A stretch of DNA of 57,140 nucleotides from Clostridia bacterium. Lineage in GTDB: Bacteria; Bacillota; Clostridia; Christensenellales; Borkfalkiaceae. The notes beneath the pieces were generated by a model. That model saw nothing but the letters and a program-made list of their open reading frames with translations. It did no database searches and was not told the origin of the DNA. The stretch spans positions 1 through 57,140 of the forward strand of contig JAGAMH010000090.1 of the NCBI GenBank assembly GCA_017624815.1, written 5' to 3'. Shown here piece by piece: positions 16,100 to 27,200 of the stretch (position 1 is the stretch's first letter; each line of letters opens with the position of its first letter). Made by a program: the position numbers and the translations under genes.

Positions 16100-16138
16100 A
16101 AAAAGATAGGCGGACTTGCTTGTTGCAAGTCCGCCTAT
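16100..16138 (-). terminator. Rho-independent terminator after the 101-aa membrane ORF
   Basis: 14-bp stem ATAGGCGGACTTGC / GCAAGTCCGCCTAT followed on the minus strand by CTTTTT. Confidence 0.85.
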
Positions 16139-16145
16139 TTACTAA

Positions 16146-16451
16146 TTATAAATTAGCAACCATTGCCATAAGTTGAGCGTAAGTTTCGGGGAAGAACAAG
16201 AATACTACAACCAAAGCAACTGCCGCATAGAAAACTAAGCGGATAATTAAATTGCGTTTGGATATTGCTTCCATACCCACTACTGCAACAAGTAATAACG
16301 AGCCGTACGTTCTTGCGATTTCTAAAACGAGTTTAACCGTTTCGGGAAGGAACCCAAAGTTTAAATCTAAAATCCATAAAACGTAAACCACTACCATTAC
16401 GATTGCCAAAATTTCGCCTAAAATGTCGAAAAACTTTTCAAACCTTTTCAT
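16146..16451 (-). CDS. Small membrane protein with three predicted TM helices, unknown function
   Basis: 101 aa, three hydrophobic stretches, AAAGGAG ribosome-binding site. No terminator between it and the upstream 996-aa gene. Confidence 0.6.
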   Translation of the reverse strand: MKRFEKFFDILGEILAIVMVVVYVLWILDLNFGFLPETVKLVLEIARTYGSLLLVAVVGMEAISKRNLIIRLVFYAAVALVVVFLFFPETYAQLMAMVANL

Positions 16452-16525
16452 TTCTTTCTCCTTTTTAATTTATATTTGCTCCGCATATATGCGGTAATTA
16501 AAGCGCTTTTCCGCGCGTTTAATTT

Positions 16526-19516
16526 TTATTTGTTTTCGGGATTTTCTTCCGAATTTTCAACTTTTACGATATCAAAGCCAAGCTTTTTAATTAAGCGCAA
16601 AGTTTCTTGCGAAGTTCTTCTGTCGTAATCTTTTTCGCTTTCAGAAAGTTCTTCGTAAGGGATAAGCTTGGGCGTTTGCTTTCTGCGTTCTTTATGCTTT
16701 TTGCCGTATTTCCAACCTTGCGCAATTTTACCCGTTGCCCAAACTTCGTGCGTGTTTTTGGCAATTATTTCCGCCAACGCGTCTACTTCTGCGCCAAGCT
16801 CTATTCCGTAAGTGTTTATAGGCTGAGGATAATACTTGCTCGCCTGGAAATATTCCGCCCTATCTTCAGCTAAGGCAGTAGGCAAACTTTCTACGTAAGC
16901 AGCTTGTTCGCTACTCCAATAATAGTTGCCCAGCTTATAAATTTTGCTCGTTTCGTAAACGTATAAACCAACCTTTCCCGCTTGGTCAACTAAAACGTAG
17001 TCAAGCCCTGCCCCTGCGCCAACGTGGACGTAGGTAATATCGCCCTTCTTTTTTAAATATTGTGCGGTAACCTTTTCTACTCCGTCCTTTTGATAAGCCT
17101 TTAACGCGTCGTAAAGCATTTTGCAATATAACTTTATCGAGCCGTCGTCTTTAGCCTTATAAAAGTCCATAATTTTGCGGCTTACCGACGAAAGGTATAC
17201 GCTAGCCGCCATGGTAAAGTCGTAATCTTTATAATCGACGTTTTTACCTTTATAAGCAGATATTATAAGCGAAAGCCCGTCTAACTCGTCTAACGCTTTT
17301 GCCGTGCCGTCGGCGTTTTTAAGGCTTAGTGATTGCACGAATCCGTTTAACCATTCACCTAAGTTTTGCGTTGTGGGAATTGCCGTTATAAACGCGTTTG
17401 CTTGCGCTTTAGCCTGTTCGAAATCGGCGGTATTTAACGTAATACCCAAATCGTTACAAGGCAATATGCAAGAGTGCAACTTATGGTTTACCGCCTTTTG
17501 CGAAAGGAATTTTGTTGGAACTACTTTATTTTCGTAAGGCAAATATCCAAATGCCATATTTAAAAACTGATCTACCGAAGGACAGCGATAGCCTTCTGAA
17601 ATCATATACGCATTCCAACGGATATGTTCTATGTAATGCAGTTTGTTGCGGCACAGTTCAACGTCTAATCTGTTTTTAATTTTAAGTAAAACTTGACTAT
17701 TTTCAAAATTTAACCACTCGTCTTCCGATTGAATAACGCCGATAGACGCAAGCTTATATTTATAGTGAACCGCCGTTGCCATAGACGATTTTCTGCCGTA
17801 AGAATCGGAAACGAAAGCCGTCCACGTTTTGTTTGCGTTGCCTCCGTAGGCGCTATCCATAACGAACGCTAAATTTTCAAGCTGCGATAAGAATACGTTG
17901 TTGTAATCGAAACGTTCGGTTAAGCAGCCGAAGGGATTTAATATAGCTCCGCCAACGTTTCCGCTATTTTTGCGTTCGGTGCTTGCAATATTTTCTTCTA
18001 TTCTAAGAGCCGTGCAAAGATCTTCGTTTTCAATTACGAAGTTTATAACGGGACGCTTATTGCTATGTTCGTTAGCAACGTTAAGCCTTCTTGCCACCCA
18101 ACGCGCCGCACGCATATTCAAGTCGTCGTTGCCCAGCGCAACTAAAACGTAGTCTGCGTTTAAACAGTTTTCAAAATCGGCAAAAAAGTCGTTAGTGCCA
18201 AAGCTATGGTTTTTAAATTCCATTTTGCCGTAAGTTTCGTCGCCTTCAAAGGCTTGCGGCATATCGAATTTTAACTGATTTTCAACCACCGTGGCGTTGT
18301 CGGAAATTACCGTAATTTTAAACGCTCTTTTATTAAGTTTTGCGCTTGCGTCGAGCGTTTGACCGCACCAATACGCCGCCTTAATAAACTGTTTGCCAAT
18401 TCCGCCGCAACCTATAACCACTACCGAAAGGTCGCTCATTGCCCTTTTAGACGCGTTTTCCGCCGTACCGTTTTGCCAGCCTAATTGCGAATAGAATAGC
18501 GAATATTTACTGTCTAAAAGGTTATAAACCATGTTGGAATATTCCCTTACTACTTGCACGGTTACGTTGCTTAAATTTTTACTTTTAAAGCTGTGAGATA
18601 TAATTTCGTCGGCGTCGTCGTTGTTAGATAAAACGTGAAGTTGAACTTTATCGAATTTAGCCCAGCTCTTTTTAACGTTTTCCGCTCCGTCCGCCAAGAA
18701 AATTGCGTCTTTAATATTTTCCGCCTCGTTTTTACCAAATAAGAAATAGGTTAAAGTGGTGGATTTGCGAACTCTTCCAAAACTGAATATTCTCTTTAAT
18801 AAATAAGCAAAGCCTGCGGGGCGTTTAACTGCAAGCGACTTAAAATCCTTTTTAAGTAAATTTGCGCCTATGTTTTTAGCCCTTTCTGAATATTCTGCAA
18901 AAACCGTATCGCCTTCGCCCGAGGGAGCAGCGTTGGTAAAGGTAATTGAAACGTCGTATAAATATCTATTTTCCGCGCTTTCGGAATCGTATTTTCTTCT
19001 CGCTTCGTCGTGCTTTTTCTTTAAGCTTTCGGCAAGCGTTAAGGTGTATTCGTTAAGCTCTGAAAAAATAAATTTGGTCGAGTGATTATCCCACGAAAAT
19101 TTTAAATCGGGGAAAATTTCGCACGCTAAGTTGAATATAATCATTCCGCCCGTTGCAGGGGACGCAATAAAATATATCGACGATAAAATGAAGAATACCG
19201 CTCTTATAACTGTGTTTGAATAAACTTCTGCATTCGCCGTTATAAAATCGGACGGCGCTATATTCATAGTAAAGTGTTGAAGCGCTTTTACTACTGCGTC
19301 GGGGATAATTAAAATTACGTCCCACCCGCTATATTGCGCGTCTTTTAATAAGCCTAAGCCCGTGGACGCCAAATAAAGCAGTATTGCAATAAACAGCCAT
19401 ACGGTAAAAAATATTAACTTTTCGCCGCGCTTACGTGTTGCCGTAACTACGCTTGATAGGACGAAAACGCCCAGCGATACGAATAATAATACTATAGATA
19501 AAATTTCCATATTCAA
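16526..19516 (-). CDS. Large membrane protein with a Rossmann-like core and a C-terminal RyR (ryanodine-receptor type) domain
   Basis: Four to five N-terminal hydrophobic helices (aa 1-140). VVVIGCGGIGKQF GxGxxG motif. Degenerate RyR-like segment IEHIRWNAYMISEGY...NHKLHSCILPCNDL. Canonical RyR-like C-terminus AEIIAKNTHEVWATGKIAQGWKYG...PKLIPYEELSESEKDYDRRTSQETLRLIKKLGF. Confidence 0.7.
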   Translation of the reverse strand: MNMEILSIVLLFVSLGVFVLSSVVTATRKRGEKLIFFTVWLFIAILLYLASTGLGLLKDAQYSGWDVILIIPDAVVKALQHFTMNIAPSDFITANAEVYSNTVIRAVFFILSSIYFIASPATGGMIIFNLACEIFPDLKFSWDNHSTKFIFSELNEYTLTLAESLKKKHDEARRKYDSESAENRYLYDVSITFTNAAPSGEGDTVFAEYSERAKNIGANLLKKDFKSLAVKRPAGFAYLLKRIFSFGRVRKSTTLTYFLFGKNEAENIKDAIFLADGAENVKKSWAKFDKVQLHVLSNNDDADEIISHSFKSKNLSNVTVQVVREYSNMVYNLLDSKYSLFYSQLGWQNGTAENASKRAMSDLSVVVIGCGGIGKQFIKAAYWCGQTLDASAKLNKRAFKITVISDNATVVENQLKFDMPQAFEGDETYGKMEFKNHSFGTNDFFADFENCLNADYVLVALGNDDLNMRAARWVARRLNVANEHSNKRPVINFVIENEDLCTALRIEENIASTERKNSGNVGGAILNPFGCLTERFDYNNVFLSQLENLAFVMDSAYGGNANKTWTAFVSDSYGRKSSMATAVHYKYKLASIGVIQSEDEWLNFENSQVLLKIKNRLDVELCRNKLHYIEHIRWNAYMISEGYRCPSVDQFLNMAFGYLPYENKVVPTKFLSQKAVNHKLHSCILPCNDLGITLNTADFEQAKAQANAFITAIPTTQNLGEWLNGFVQSLSLKNADGTAKALDELDGLSLIISAYKGKNVDYKDYDFTMAASVYLSSVSRKIMDFYKAKDDGSIKLYCKMLYDALKAYQKDGVEKVTAQYLKKKGDITYVHVGAGAGLDYVLVDQAGKVGLYVYETSKIYKLGNYYWSSEQAAYVESLPTALAEDRAEYFQASKYYPQPINTYGIELGAEVDALAEIIAKNTHEVWATGKIAQGWKYGKKHKERRKQTPKLIPYEELSESEKDYDRRTSQETLRLIKKLGFDIVKVENSEENPENK

Positions 19517-19547
19517 GCCCTTTAGTTAAATCGAATATATATTATAT

Positions 19548-19576
19548 ATTCTACCACACTCTTAAAGCTCCGTCAA
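19548..19576 (-). promoter_or_regulatory. Promoter of the RyR-domain gene
   Basis: Minus strand TTGACG (19576-19571), 17-bp spacer, TAGAAT (19553-19548). Confidence 0.55.
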
Positions 19577-19674
19577 GACCTAATTTTTAATAGTTTATAA
19601 TACGACAAAATAATCGACGATTTTATACTATTTACGAAAGCGATTTTAAGTATAATAAAGCGTGAGGTGATATT

Positions 19675-20196
19675 ATGAAAATTTCTAACTATTTTGGTAT
19701 GGCGGCAATAAGTCAAAATAAGCGCAAACGGGGCTACGTTTACGCCGTTCACGTTTTAAACGGAAAAATTAAATACCTTTCGTGCGCCGACGAAAAGGAA
19801 AATAGCTTTTATATTAACGCAGAAAACGTAATTTTTATAGACGACAAAACGCTATTTTTTACGGGCGAGGAAAGAAAAATAGAAAAATGCAAAAAAATAA
19901 AGCTCGGAAAACCGAGCTATTCTGAAAATGGTAAATTCTTGGGATATTTAACCGACTACGAGGTGTCTAAAAATAAGCTTACTCACGCCTACTGCGGCAA
20001 CCGAAAATACGCAGTTGAAGACATTATTGACGGCGACGTTATAATAGTTAAAAGCCGCTTAAAATTAAAATCCGACGTTATTGCAAAAAACGGAGAAATC
20101 ATTTTTAAACGTGGCGAAACTCTTTCTAAAAATCTTTTAAATAGCGCTAAATTGCAAGGCGAATATATACAAACTAACCTAAAAAGTATAAATTAG
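19675..20196 (+). CDS. Hypothetical protein, possibly PRC-barrel-like (very tentative)
   Basis: 173-aa ORF with a GAGGTGA ribosome-binding site. Segments such as LGKPSYSENGKFLGYLTDYEV resemble PRC-barrel strands. No firm motif. Confidence 0.5.
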   Translation: MKISNYFGMAAISQNKRKRGYVYAVHVLNGKIKYLSCADEKENSFYINAENVIFIDDKTLFFTGEERKIEKCKKIKLGKPSYSENGKFLGYLTDYEVSKNKLTHAYCGNRKYAVEDIIDGDVIIVKSRLKLKSDVIAKNGEIIFKRGETLSKNLLNSAKLQGEYIQTNLKSIN

Positions 20197-20817
20197 TTAA
20201 ACGTTATATCTTGCCATAAGTTTTAAAAGAGCGTTAAAGTTTTCGTTTAAAATTTCCCCTTCTTGAGGCGTTAAATTGCCCTTTGCTTGCAACATGTTAA
20301 GGGTGTAACGCATTTTTTCAAGCTCTTGCCTATCCCCCCTGCCCAAGCTTTTTAAAAGCAATTTTTCGGTTATTGATAGGGCGTGTTCAAGCCTTACGTT
20401 ACTTTTTGCCGCAGGGATATCGGGCTGAAGGTTATTAAAGGGCGGAGACGAAGTTTTAGTTGAAGTTATTACGACTGAATTTTGATTTTGTTTTGGCAAA
20501 ACTTTTTCCTTTTCACCTAATTTAAGAGTGCCGTACAAAATATATCCTACCACCCAAAAAATTATTGCAACGAATAGCGAAAAAGATAAATTGTATTCTG
20601 TTAAAAATAGTGCCAAAGTTACTGCCGAATAGGCGTTTGTTAAATAGAAAAAGGGCTTTTTGTTCGCCGAAGATAAGGCTTTAACGGTTAAAGATAAAAT
20701 TAAAACGGTTAAATAAATTGCCAAATAGGAGCAAAAAGTTATTGCCGCCAACGAATTGAATGAAAGCGCCGCCAACAGGGAATAAACCCTTTCCAGAAAA
20801 GATAATATTTTAGTCAT
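20197..20817 (-). CDS. Membrane protein, unknown function (four N-terminal TM helices plus a helical soluble tail)
   Basis: 206-aa ORF 61 nt downstream of addA on the same strand. I see no hairpin in the gap. Confidence 0.55.
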   Translation of the reverse strand: MTKILSFLERVYSLLAALSFNSLAAITFCSYLAIYLTVLILSLTVKALSSANKKPFFYLTNAYSAVTLALFLTEYNLSFSLFVAIIFWVVGYILYGTLKLGEKEKVLPKQNQNSVVITSTKTSSPPFNNLQPDIPAAKSNVRLEHALSITEKLLLKSLGRGDRQELEKMRYTLNMLQAKGNLTPQEGEILNENFNALLKLMARYNV

Positions 20818-20878
20818 AGCTATAAAATTATATCCGCCCCAAAAAGTAAAAGGGGCGGATATATTGTCGAATTATAGC

Positions 20879-23800
20879 TTATTTTATATTTATTACGCTG
20901 CCTGTAAAAATGTTTACGATATCCGTTTTAATAGTGCTTTCGTCTATTTTGCAAATGATTGAAACTGCCTTTTTGTAAATGGAAAGTTGGGGCGCGTATT
21001 CCTTTTTAATTTGCTCGTCGCTCTTTTTAGAATATTTATAGTCTATAATGCGGCATCCGTTTTTAGAAAATACCAACAAGTCTATTGCGCCCTGCACCAA
21101 CACTCCGTCTTCTGCGGAAGTGGGCAAAAACTCGTTTGCAGGCAGTCTGCATAAAAACTCACGCTCTCTATATAAAGTTGCGCCGTTCAAGCCTTCAAAA
21201 ACGGGCATATTTAAAATGGAATACAGTTTTTCAACGTTTAAACGCTCGGCTTGTTCCTTTGAAATTAACCCCTTTTCAATAAAGCCGTTAAGTTCGGCGG
21301 CAACGCCTTCTTTAGACTTTTCGTTAAAATCGCACAGTTCCAAAAACCTATGATAAGCTATGCCCGATTCTATCGAGGTTGAACCTTCTGGCATTTCTGC
21401 AGGGAAGAGTTTTTTGGTGGCGTAAGGTTCGTCCTCACCCAAAATTTTCATAACTTGCGAAGCTGAACTTTTTACGGGTAAATCTACGCTTTCCTTAAAG
21501 CTATAAGGCTTGTTAAAGCGGGATAAAATTGCGTTTAAAACGTCCTCGTCAGGTTCAGAAATTAAAATTTGCTCGTTTAAAACCGCATCAGTTTCGGCGT
21601 TAATTTGCATATATTCTGGGTCGAATATACTTAAATCGCCCATTTTTGTATAGCTGCCGCAAGAAAAAACGTCGGGTTCTACAAAGTCGGGGATTTCCGA
21701 AGTTAAAACGTGCAACCCGTACATTGCGCGCGTGCACGCAACGTAGTATAAGTTGGCTTCGTTTTTGTATTCTTCGCGCCTTTCCTTTAACTTTAAAAGC
21801 TTCGTTAAAAGAGTTTCCTTTTTGGTTAAGCTTTTATCGTCGTAAAACTTAAACGCAAAACCGTAATCGTCGTCGTATAAAATTTCCGAAGTTTCGTCGC
21901 CCTTATAAGTTCTATTTACGTCAGATAAAATTACTATGGGAAATTCTAATCCCTTAGAGGCGTGCATAGTTAAAATTTTAATACTTTCGGCAGAAGAACT
22001 TTCGGGGGCGTCCACCTTGTATTCCCCTGCTTTAAGCTTTTGTAAAAAGGCGTATAAACTTAATTCCCCCGCAGCGGAATAAGCTTCTGCGGCAAGTTTT
22101 CTAACGTTTTTAAGTCTTAATCCACCGTAGCGGGAATACTGTGCTTCCCAACCGGTATCTTTTAAAATTTTATCGATTATTGAAGCCGCGCCGAAAAGCT
22201 CGGAATAGTTTTTAAGCTCTTCAATTTTATCGTAAAAGGCAATTAATTTTTTGGCAATTTTATCCGTTTGAGTTTGTGCGTAACGCTCGCACTCTTCCCT
22301 AAACGCAATCCTTTCGCCCTTTTCTTTTTGGTTTTTAATTATTTGATAAGTTTTAAGCTTTATTTGCGCAAGCTCGTTTTCAGAAAGCTTTCCCAAAGGC
22401 GATAAAAGCGCCGTTACCAAGGGGATATCCTGCTCTGAATTGTCGATATAAGATAAAATATCGAGCATCTTTTTTACTTCGGGGCGGTTACAAACGTTGG
22501 AATCTTGCGCGCCAGAAACGGCAAACCCGGCTTCGGTTAAAGCGCGGACTATACCCGTTACGCTATCGTTTTTTCGCTTGCGGGTTAATATACATATATC
22601 GCCCGTAGTTACGCTTTTAAGCTTTCCTTCCTTTAAATCGAAATATTGACTGTTTAGCGCTTGCTTTACTATTTGAACTACGGCTAATCCTTCGCGCGAA
22701 AGTTGGGATTTTTTAGCCGAATCTGTGGCAACGGAATACACGTCAGAAAAGTCTTTTTCCTTTGCGGCGTTTTTACCTATAACGTGCACCTTTGCATAGC
22801 CGTCGCCTTGGGGATATTTATCGCCGCGCAACATAATAGAACTTTTTTTGTAATCGATAGCGCAAGTTTCTTCACGCATAACGCTTGAAAAAAGCCTATT
22901 TACAAAGTTTAAAACACCGTCGGACGAGCGGAAGTTGTTAGAAAGCTTTAACGCGTGCCCGTCGCCGTTTTCAAATTTACCGAACTTTTCGGCAAAGAAA
23001 AGGGACTTGCTCCCCCTAAAACCGTAAATGGCTTGCTTTATATCACCCACCATAAAAACGTTTTCGTCGGAAACGAGATTTAAAATTTTCTCTTGAACGG
23101 GATTTACGTCTTGATACTCGTCTACGTAAACGTATTTATAGCGTTTTTTAAGCTCGTTAGCAATTTCTTCCCTTTGTAATAATTCTAAAGTGTATTGCTC
23201 TAAATCGGCAAAATCCAACTTGCCTTCTTCGCGTTTAATTTGGGCATATTCGTCGTCGAATTGCAAAACGAGCCAACAGAACGCCGTTATAGTTTCGCCA
23301 CTTTTTATAAAGTTTTCTAGCTCAGTTTGGCGGGAAGAAAAATCGTATAACGAATTATAAACGTCGCCCACCTTTTTTCGCATATTTTTGTAGCGTTCGC
23401 CTTTGTCTTCTTCACCCTTTACATCCGCGGGCTTATTCGAAGAAAGCTTGGGAAGCGCCGCAAAAACGTCGCTTTCTTTAATAACTTTATTTATCGACGC
23501 TAACATTTCGTCGAAACGCTTGTCGTAATCCTTTATGTTGGACGGGTTAAAATCTTTTCTAAATTCGGTTATTACGCGCTTTAATCTTTCAAGTTTTTCC
23601 ACAGCAAAAGCTTGATGTTCTGCGCATATTTTATTAAAACCTTGCTCGCAAAAAATTTCGCTAACTTGAGATAATTTTTTACGGTAATCTACGGTATTTT
23701 TTACACATTTGAACGCCTCGATAACCAGTTTTTTTAAATTTGCATCGCTGCGCTTTCTTTTAAAGCGGGATAAAAGATGTAAAAATTTTACGTCGCCAAG

Positions 23801-24244
23801 TTCGTAAAGCCTATCGAATAGCTGTTCTAAGGCTTTATTCATATAAAACTTTTCGTCGCTTGCGTCGGTTATTATTTCAAAAGAGCTATCGAAATCCAAC
23901 GCGTAAAAATAAGTTCTAAGCGTTTGCGAACAAAAACTGTGAATCGTGCTAACCGAGGCGGACGGTATTTTAGAAAGTTGCTCTTTTAAGTGTAATTTTT
24001 TATCTTCGTCGGCGGATATTATGCGGTCAATTAACGCCGAACGCAACTTTTCTTTCATTTGCGCGGCGGCTTTCGTAGTAAAAGTTACTGCCAAAACTTC
24101 GTCTATGCTTGCGCCGTTTTCAATTAAATCGGCAAGCTTTTTAATCATTACGAAGGTTTTTCCGCTACCTGCCGAAGCCGAAACTATTAACTTTCCCTGC
24201 GTTTGCACGGCGGCAAGTTGTTCTTTCGTTAACTGTTCTGCCAC
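20879..24244 (-). CDS. addA: ATP-dependent helicase/nuclease AddA
   Basis: UvrD-type motifs (SASAGSGKTFVM, VDEYQDVNPVQ, TMHASKGLEF) and a C-terminal RecB-type nuclease (GAIDLLVF...IIDYKYSK). GTG start overlaps the addB TAG by 1 nt. Confidence 0.95.
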   Translation of the reverse strand: MAEQLTKEQLAAVQTQGKLIVSASAGSGKTFVMIKKLADLIENGASIDEVLAVTFTTKAAAQMKEKLRSALIDRIISADEDKKLHLKEQLSKIPSASVSTIHSFCSQTLRTYFYALDFDSSFEIITDASDEKFYMNKALEQLFDRLYELGDVKFLHLLSRFKRKRSDANLKKLVIEAFKCVKNTVDYRKKLSQVSEIFCEQGFNKICAEHQAFAVEKLERLKRVITEFRKDFNPSNIKDYDKRFDEMLASINKVIKESDVFAALPKLSSNKPADVKGEEDKGERYKNMRKKVGDVYNSLYDFSSRQTELENFIKSGETITAFCWLVLQFDDEYAQIKREEGKLDFADLEQYTLELLQREEIANELKKRYKYVYVDEYQDVNPVQEKILNLVSDENVFMVGDIKQAIYGFRGSKSLFFAEKFGKFENGDGHALKLSNNFRSSDGVLNFVNRLFSSVMREETCAIDYKKSSIMLRGDKYPQGDGYAKVHVIGKNAAKEKDFSDVYSVATDSAKKSQLSREGLAVVQIVKQALNSQYFDLKEGKLKSVTTGDICILTRKRKNDSVTGIVRALTEAGFAVSGAQDSNVCNRPEVKKMLDILSYIDNSEQDIPLVTALLSPLGKLSENELAQIKLKTYQIIKNQKEKGERIAFREECERYAQTQTDKIAKKLIAFYDKIEELKNYSELFGAASIIDKILKDTGWEAQYSRYGGLRLKNVRKLAAEAYSAAGELSLYAFLQKLKAGEYKVDAPESSSAESIKILTMHASKGLEFPIVILSDVNRTYKGDETSEILYDDDYGFAFKFYDDKSLTKKETLLTKLLKLKERREEYKNEANLYYVACTRAMYGLHVLTSEIPDFVEPDVFSCGSYTKMGDLSIFDPEYMQINAETDAVLNEQILISEPDEDVLNAILSRFNKPYSFKESVDLPVKSSASQVMKILGEDEPYATKKLFPAEMPEGSTSIESGIAYHRFLELCDFNEKSKEGVAAELNGFIEKGLISKEQAERLNVEKLYSILNMPVFEGLNGATLYREREFLCRLPANEFLPTSAEDGVLVQGAIDLLVFSKNGCRIIDYKYSKKSDEQIKKEYAPQLSIYKKAVSIICKIDESTIKTDIVNIFTGSVINIK

Positions 24245-27200
24245 TACTTATCCCCCTTTATTTTTTTTACTATATTTGCAATTTGCTCGCACTTAATCGA
24301 GCCGACGTTTCGCGATTCTCCGTCTACGCCGACCAAGAAATTACAGCTTCCGCCCATTTTGCAGTATTCGCAAGCGCCTGTTGCCGGCGAAGGGGTAACG
24401 TTGCCCCCAACCATTTCGTCTGCGCCCTTTCTTGCAATTAACGTGGCGTATTGTATAAAGTATTCAAAATCTTCTTTAGGCATAGAGCTTTCAACCTTTC
24501 GTCCGCCCGGTAAATAGGCGTCGAAATACTTGCTCTTTTTTTTGGGTTGAAGTGTTATGTCGGAATTGTGCACGACCTCTTCACTACAATCCATAAAGCC
24601 TTTAAGGCGGAAAACTCCGTCGTTTTTACCGTCGTCAACGTAACCAACGGTTGCGGGGAAGTAATACGCTCCTATCGGTCTTTTTCCCTTTGACGCCGAA
24701 GTTAAATAAAGCGGTAACTGCAACTTTAAGCCCATATAGTAGCTATCCGCCGAAGAGGTAATAGTGCCCGTTTTATAGTCTACGACGCGCACCATATCGC
24801 CGCATTCGTCAACGCGGTCTATTCTACCGTATAACTTTAAGCCGCCGTTTAAAGGCACGTTGCACGAAGTTTCAGAATAGGCAACTTTAAAGTTGGAATT
24901 TTCAAGCTGTTCAAAAGCGCCCAAACATACTTCAACGGCCTCTAAAACGAGTTCTCCACCCGTGTATTTACCCGATTTACTGTCGGTAAGCGGGGCATAT
25001 TTGGGGGTTAATAGCAATTCGTTTGCCACTTTCGTCGCAACTTCTTTAAGCTGCTCTTTGCTAAATTCTCCGCCTCCGCCGTTAATTTTATCGGGGTGGA
25101 AAACGTCCTCTAAAACGTTGTGGATAAAGTTACCTGCGTCTACGGCACGCATAGAGCCTTCTTCCCTTTCTAAAAGCGAAAGTCCCCTTGACATAAAGTT
25201 TTGGTAGGGGCAGGCAAAATAACTTTCCAACGTGGTGGGCGAAACCGAACCGTATTCGCCGCCAAAAAGTTTTTTACCGTTTAAAATTAATTCACGGGGT
25301 TTGTCTTCTATCAGCGCTTCGTCGGCAATAGCTTGTTTGCCGTTTATTTCCAACGCCGAATAAATTGCCGAAACTACTTCGGGGCGGGCAGAAACGTTGA
25401 CGAGTTGTTTAATTGCGGGAATTTCTTCGCTACAATAATAGGGCAACGCCTTTAAACTTGCGTTTAACTGCTTTTGAGTTATTTGCGTAAGCGGATTGCC
25501 GCGAACGTTTAAAAATGCGTTTTTAACGTAGGATATAATTTCGCTTTTTGCCGTTTCGCCGCCGTTTGAATATACGGGATAGGTTAAATATAAATGCTTT
25601 CTAAAAGCGCAAACGTTTAACGCCGTAACCTCGCGTGAGCGTAAATTTACTTGCTGTATTTTAGGGGAAACGTTAACGCAAAGGCGCTCTAATTCGGCAA
25701 TTTCCCTATCCGTTAAAAGCGCCGTGTCAGAACCCGTTTTTGGAACGGCTTCCGTTAATCCCGCCGCAAAAACGACGTTGCTACCCGTGTTTGCCGTTGC
25801 AACCATATCGCCGACGAAAACTGCATCTGCCTTGGGTGGAATAAGGGAAATTTCGCAAGCGGTAAAACCGCTTTTAAGTATTTTTATATATTCTTTTACC
25901 GAAAGTTTTATATTTTGAGTAAGCGCTGCCGCCTCGTCTAAAACGGCTATTGCCGACGAATACGCACGCGCCGCCAACTGTGCCTTTACGGGGTAAACGT
26001 CTTTATACTTTTCGTGCAAGTCTTCTAACTTTTTCTCTACGCCAAAACTTGCGAGTGCACGCTTAATTCCCACGGTAATATCTGCGCCCGACCCCTTTAA
26101 AAGCATTTTATATGTGCCGTTGAAAACTTCGTATACGCCGTGCACGGACGCATAGTTAAAGCCGCCGTTTTTGCATACTTCTTCTTTAGGTTCACGCTTT
26201 GCCGCACCCCTAAAATTGCCGAATCTTAAAAGATAGTTACGGTATATGTCTTTATCTTTTCTGCTCACGGGGAAAAGCGGAGAGGAAATTACGGCGTTAA
26301 CGCTTTCAAAAGAGCAACCGTCGTGCAAGCAATTTAAAAGGTTTATTATAAAATCGCAAATAAAATGTTCGGAAAGGGGTATTCTTCTATCGATATAATA
26401 GGGCACTTTAAACTGCCCGAACACCCTTTCGAGCGTAGACTGCGAAGATTTTACGTCGGGGAGCATTACCGAAATTTTAGCGTAGCGTTCCCCTTCCGAT
26501 AAAACGTGTTTTTTAATACTTGCGGCGATAAATTCCAACTCTTCCACTTCGTCCGCCGCCTCGAAAATATGAACCTTATCCGTTTTTATTTTATTTTCGC
26601 AGATAAAGCGTTCGGGGTTAAAAAGCGTTTTTCTTATAACTTCTGCCTCGAGGCAAAGGGTGCTTTGCAAATTTTCGTTTTCCGCGCCGCCGAATTCTTT
26701 TGCAACGGAATGGAAAGCCGCAACAGATTCGTTGGTGTAAATATCTTCTGCGCCGCCGATAAATATTCCGTCTACCGAATTTGCCGCTCGCATGCACGCG
26801 CGGGCGCACTCCGAAGTGGAGCTGGTAAAGGACTGAAAGCCCAAAAGTATTACGCTACTACCCTTTATTTTTGAACTATTTTCAATAACGTCGGGCAATA
26901 ATTTTAAATATGTATTTCTATCTAAAAGACCGTTTTCGGTTAGGTATTTATTATACTCGGAATATATAAAAGCCAAGTCGTTTAACTTGCTTTTAAAAAG
27001 GGTGTTTTCTGTGGTTATTTGGCTAATATCTTGGGGGGAAACGCGTGAAGAGTACAATACGGCTATGGTATCGTATACGGCTTGAGCCCCCGACGCGGAA
27101 AATAACTTTTTAAAAAGTTTAAACTGCCGAGCGTTATCTTCTATAATCTTTCTTATAACCATTGCCGAGCCTTGACTTGACAATACTTTTTGCGTTAACT

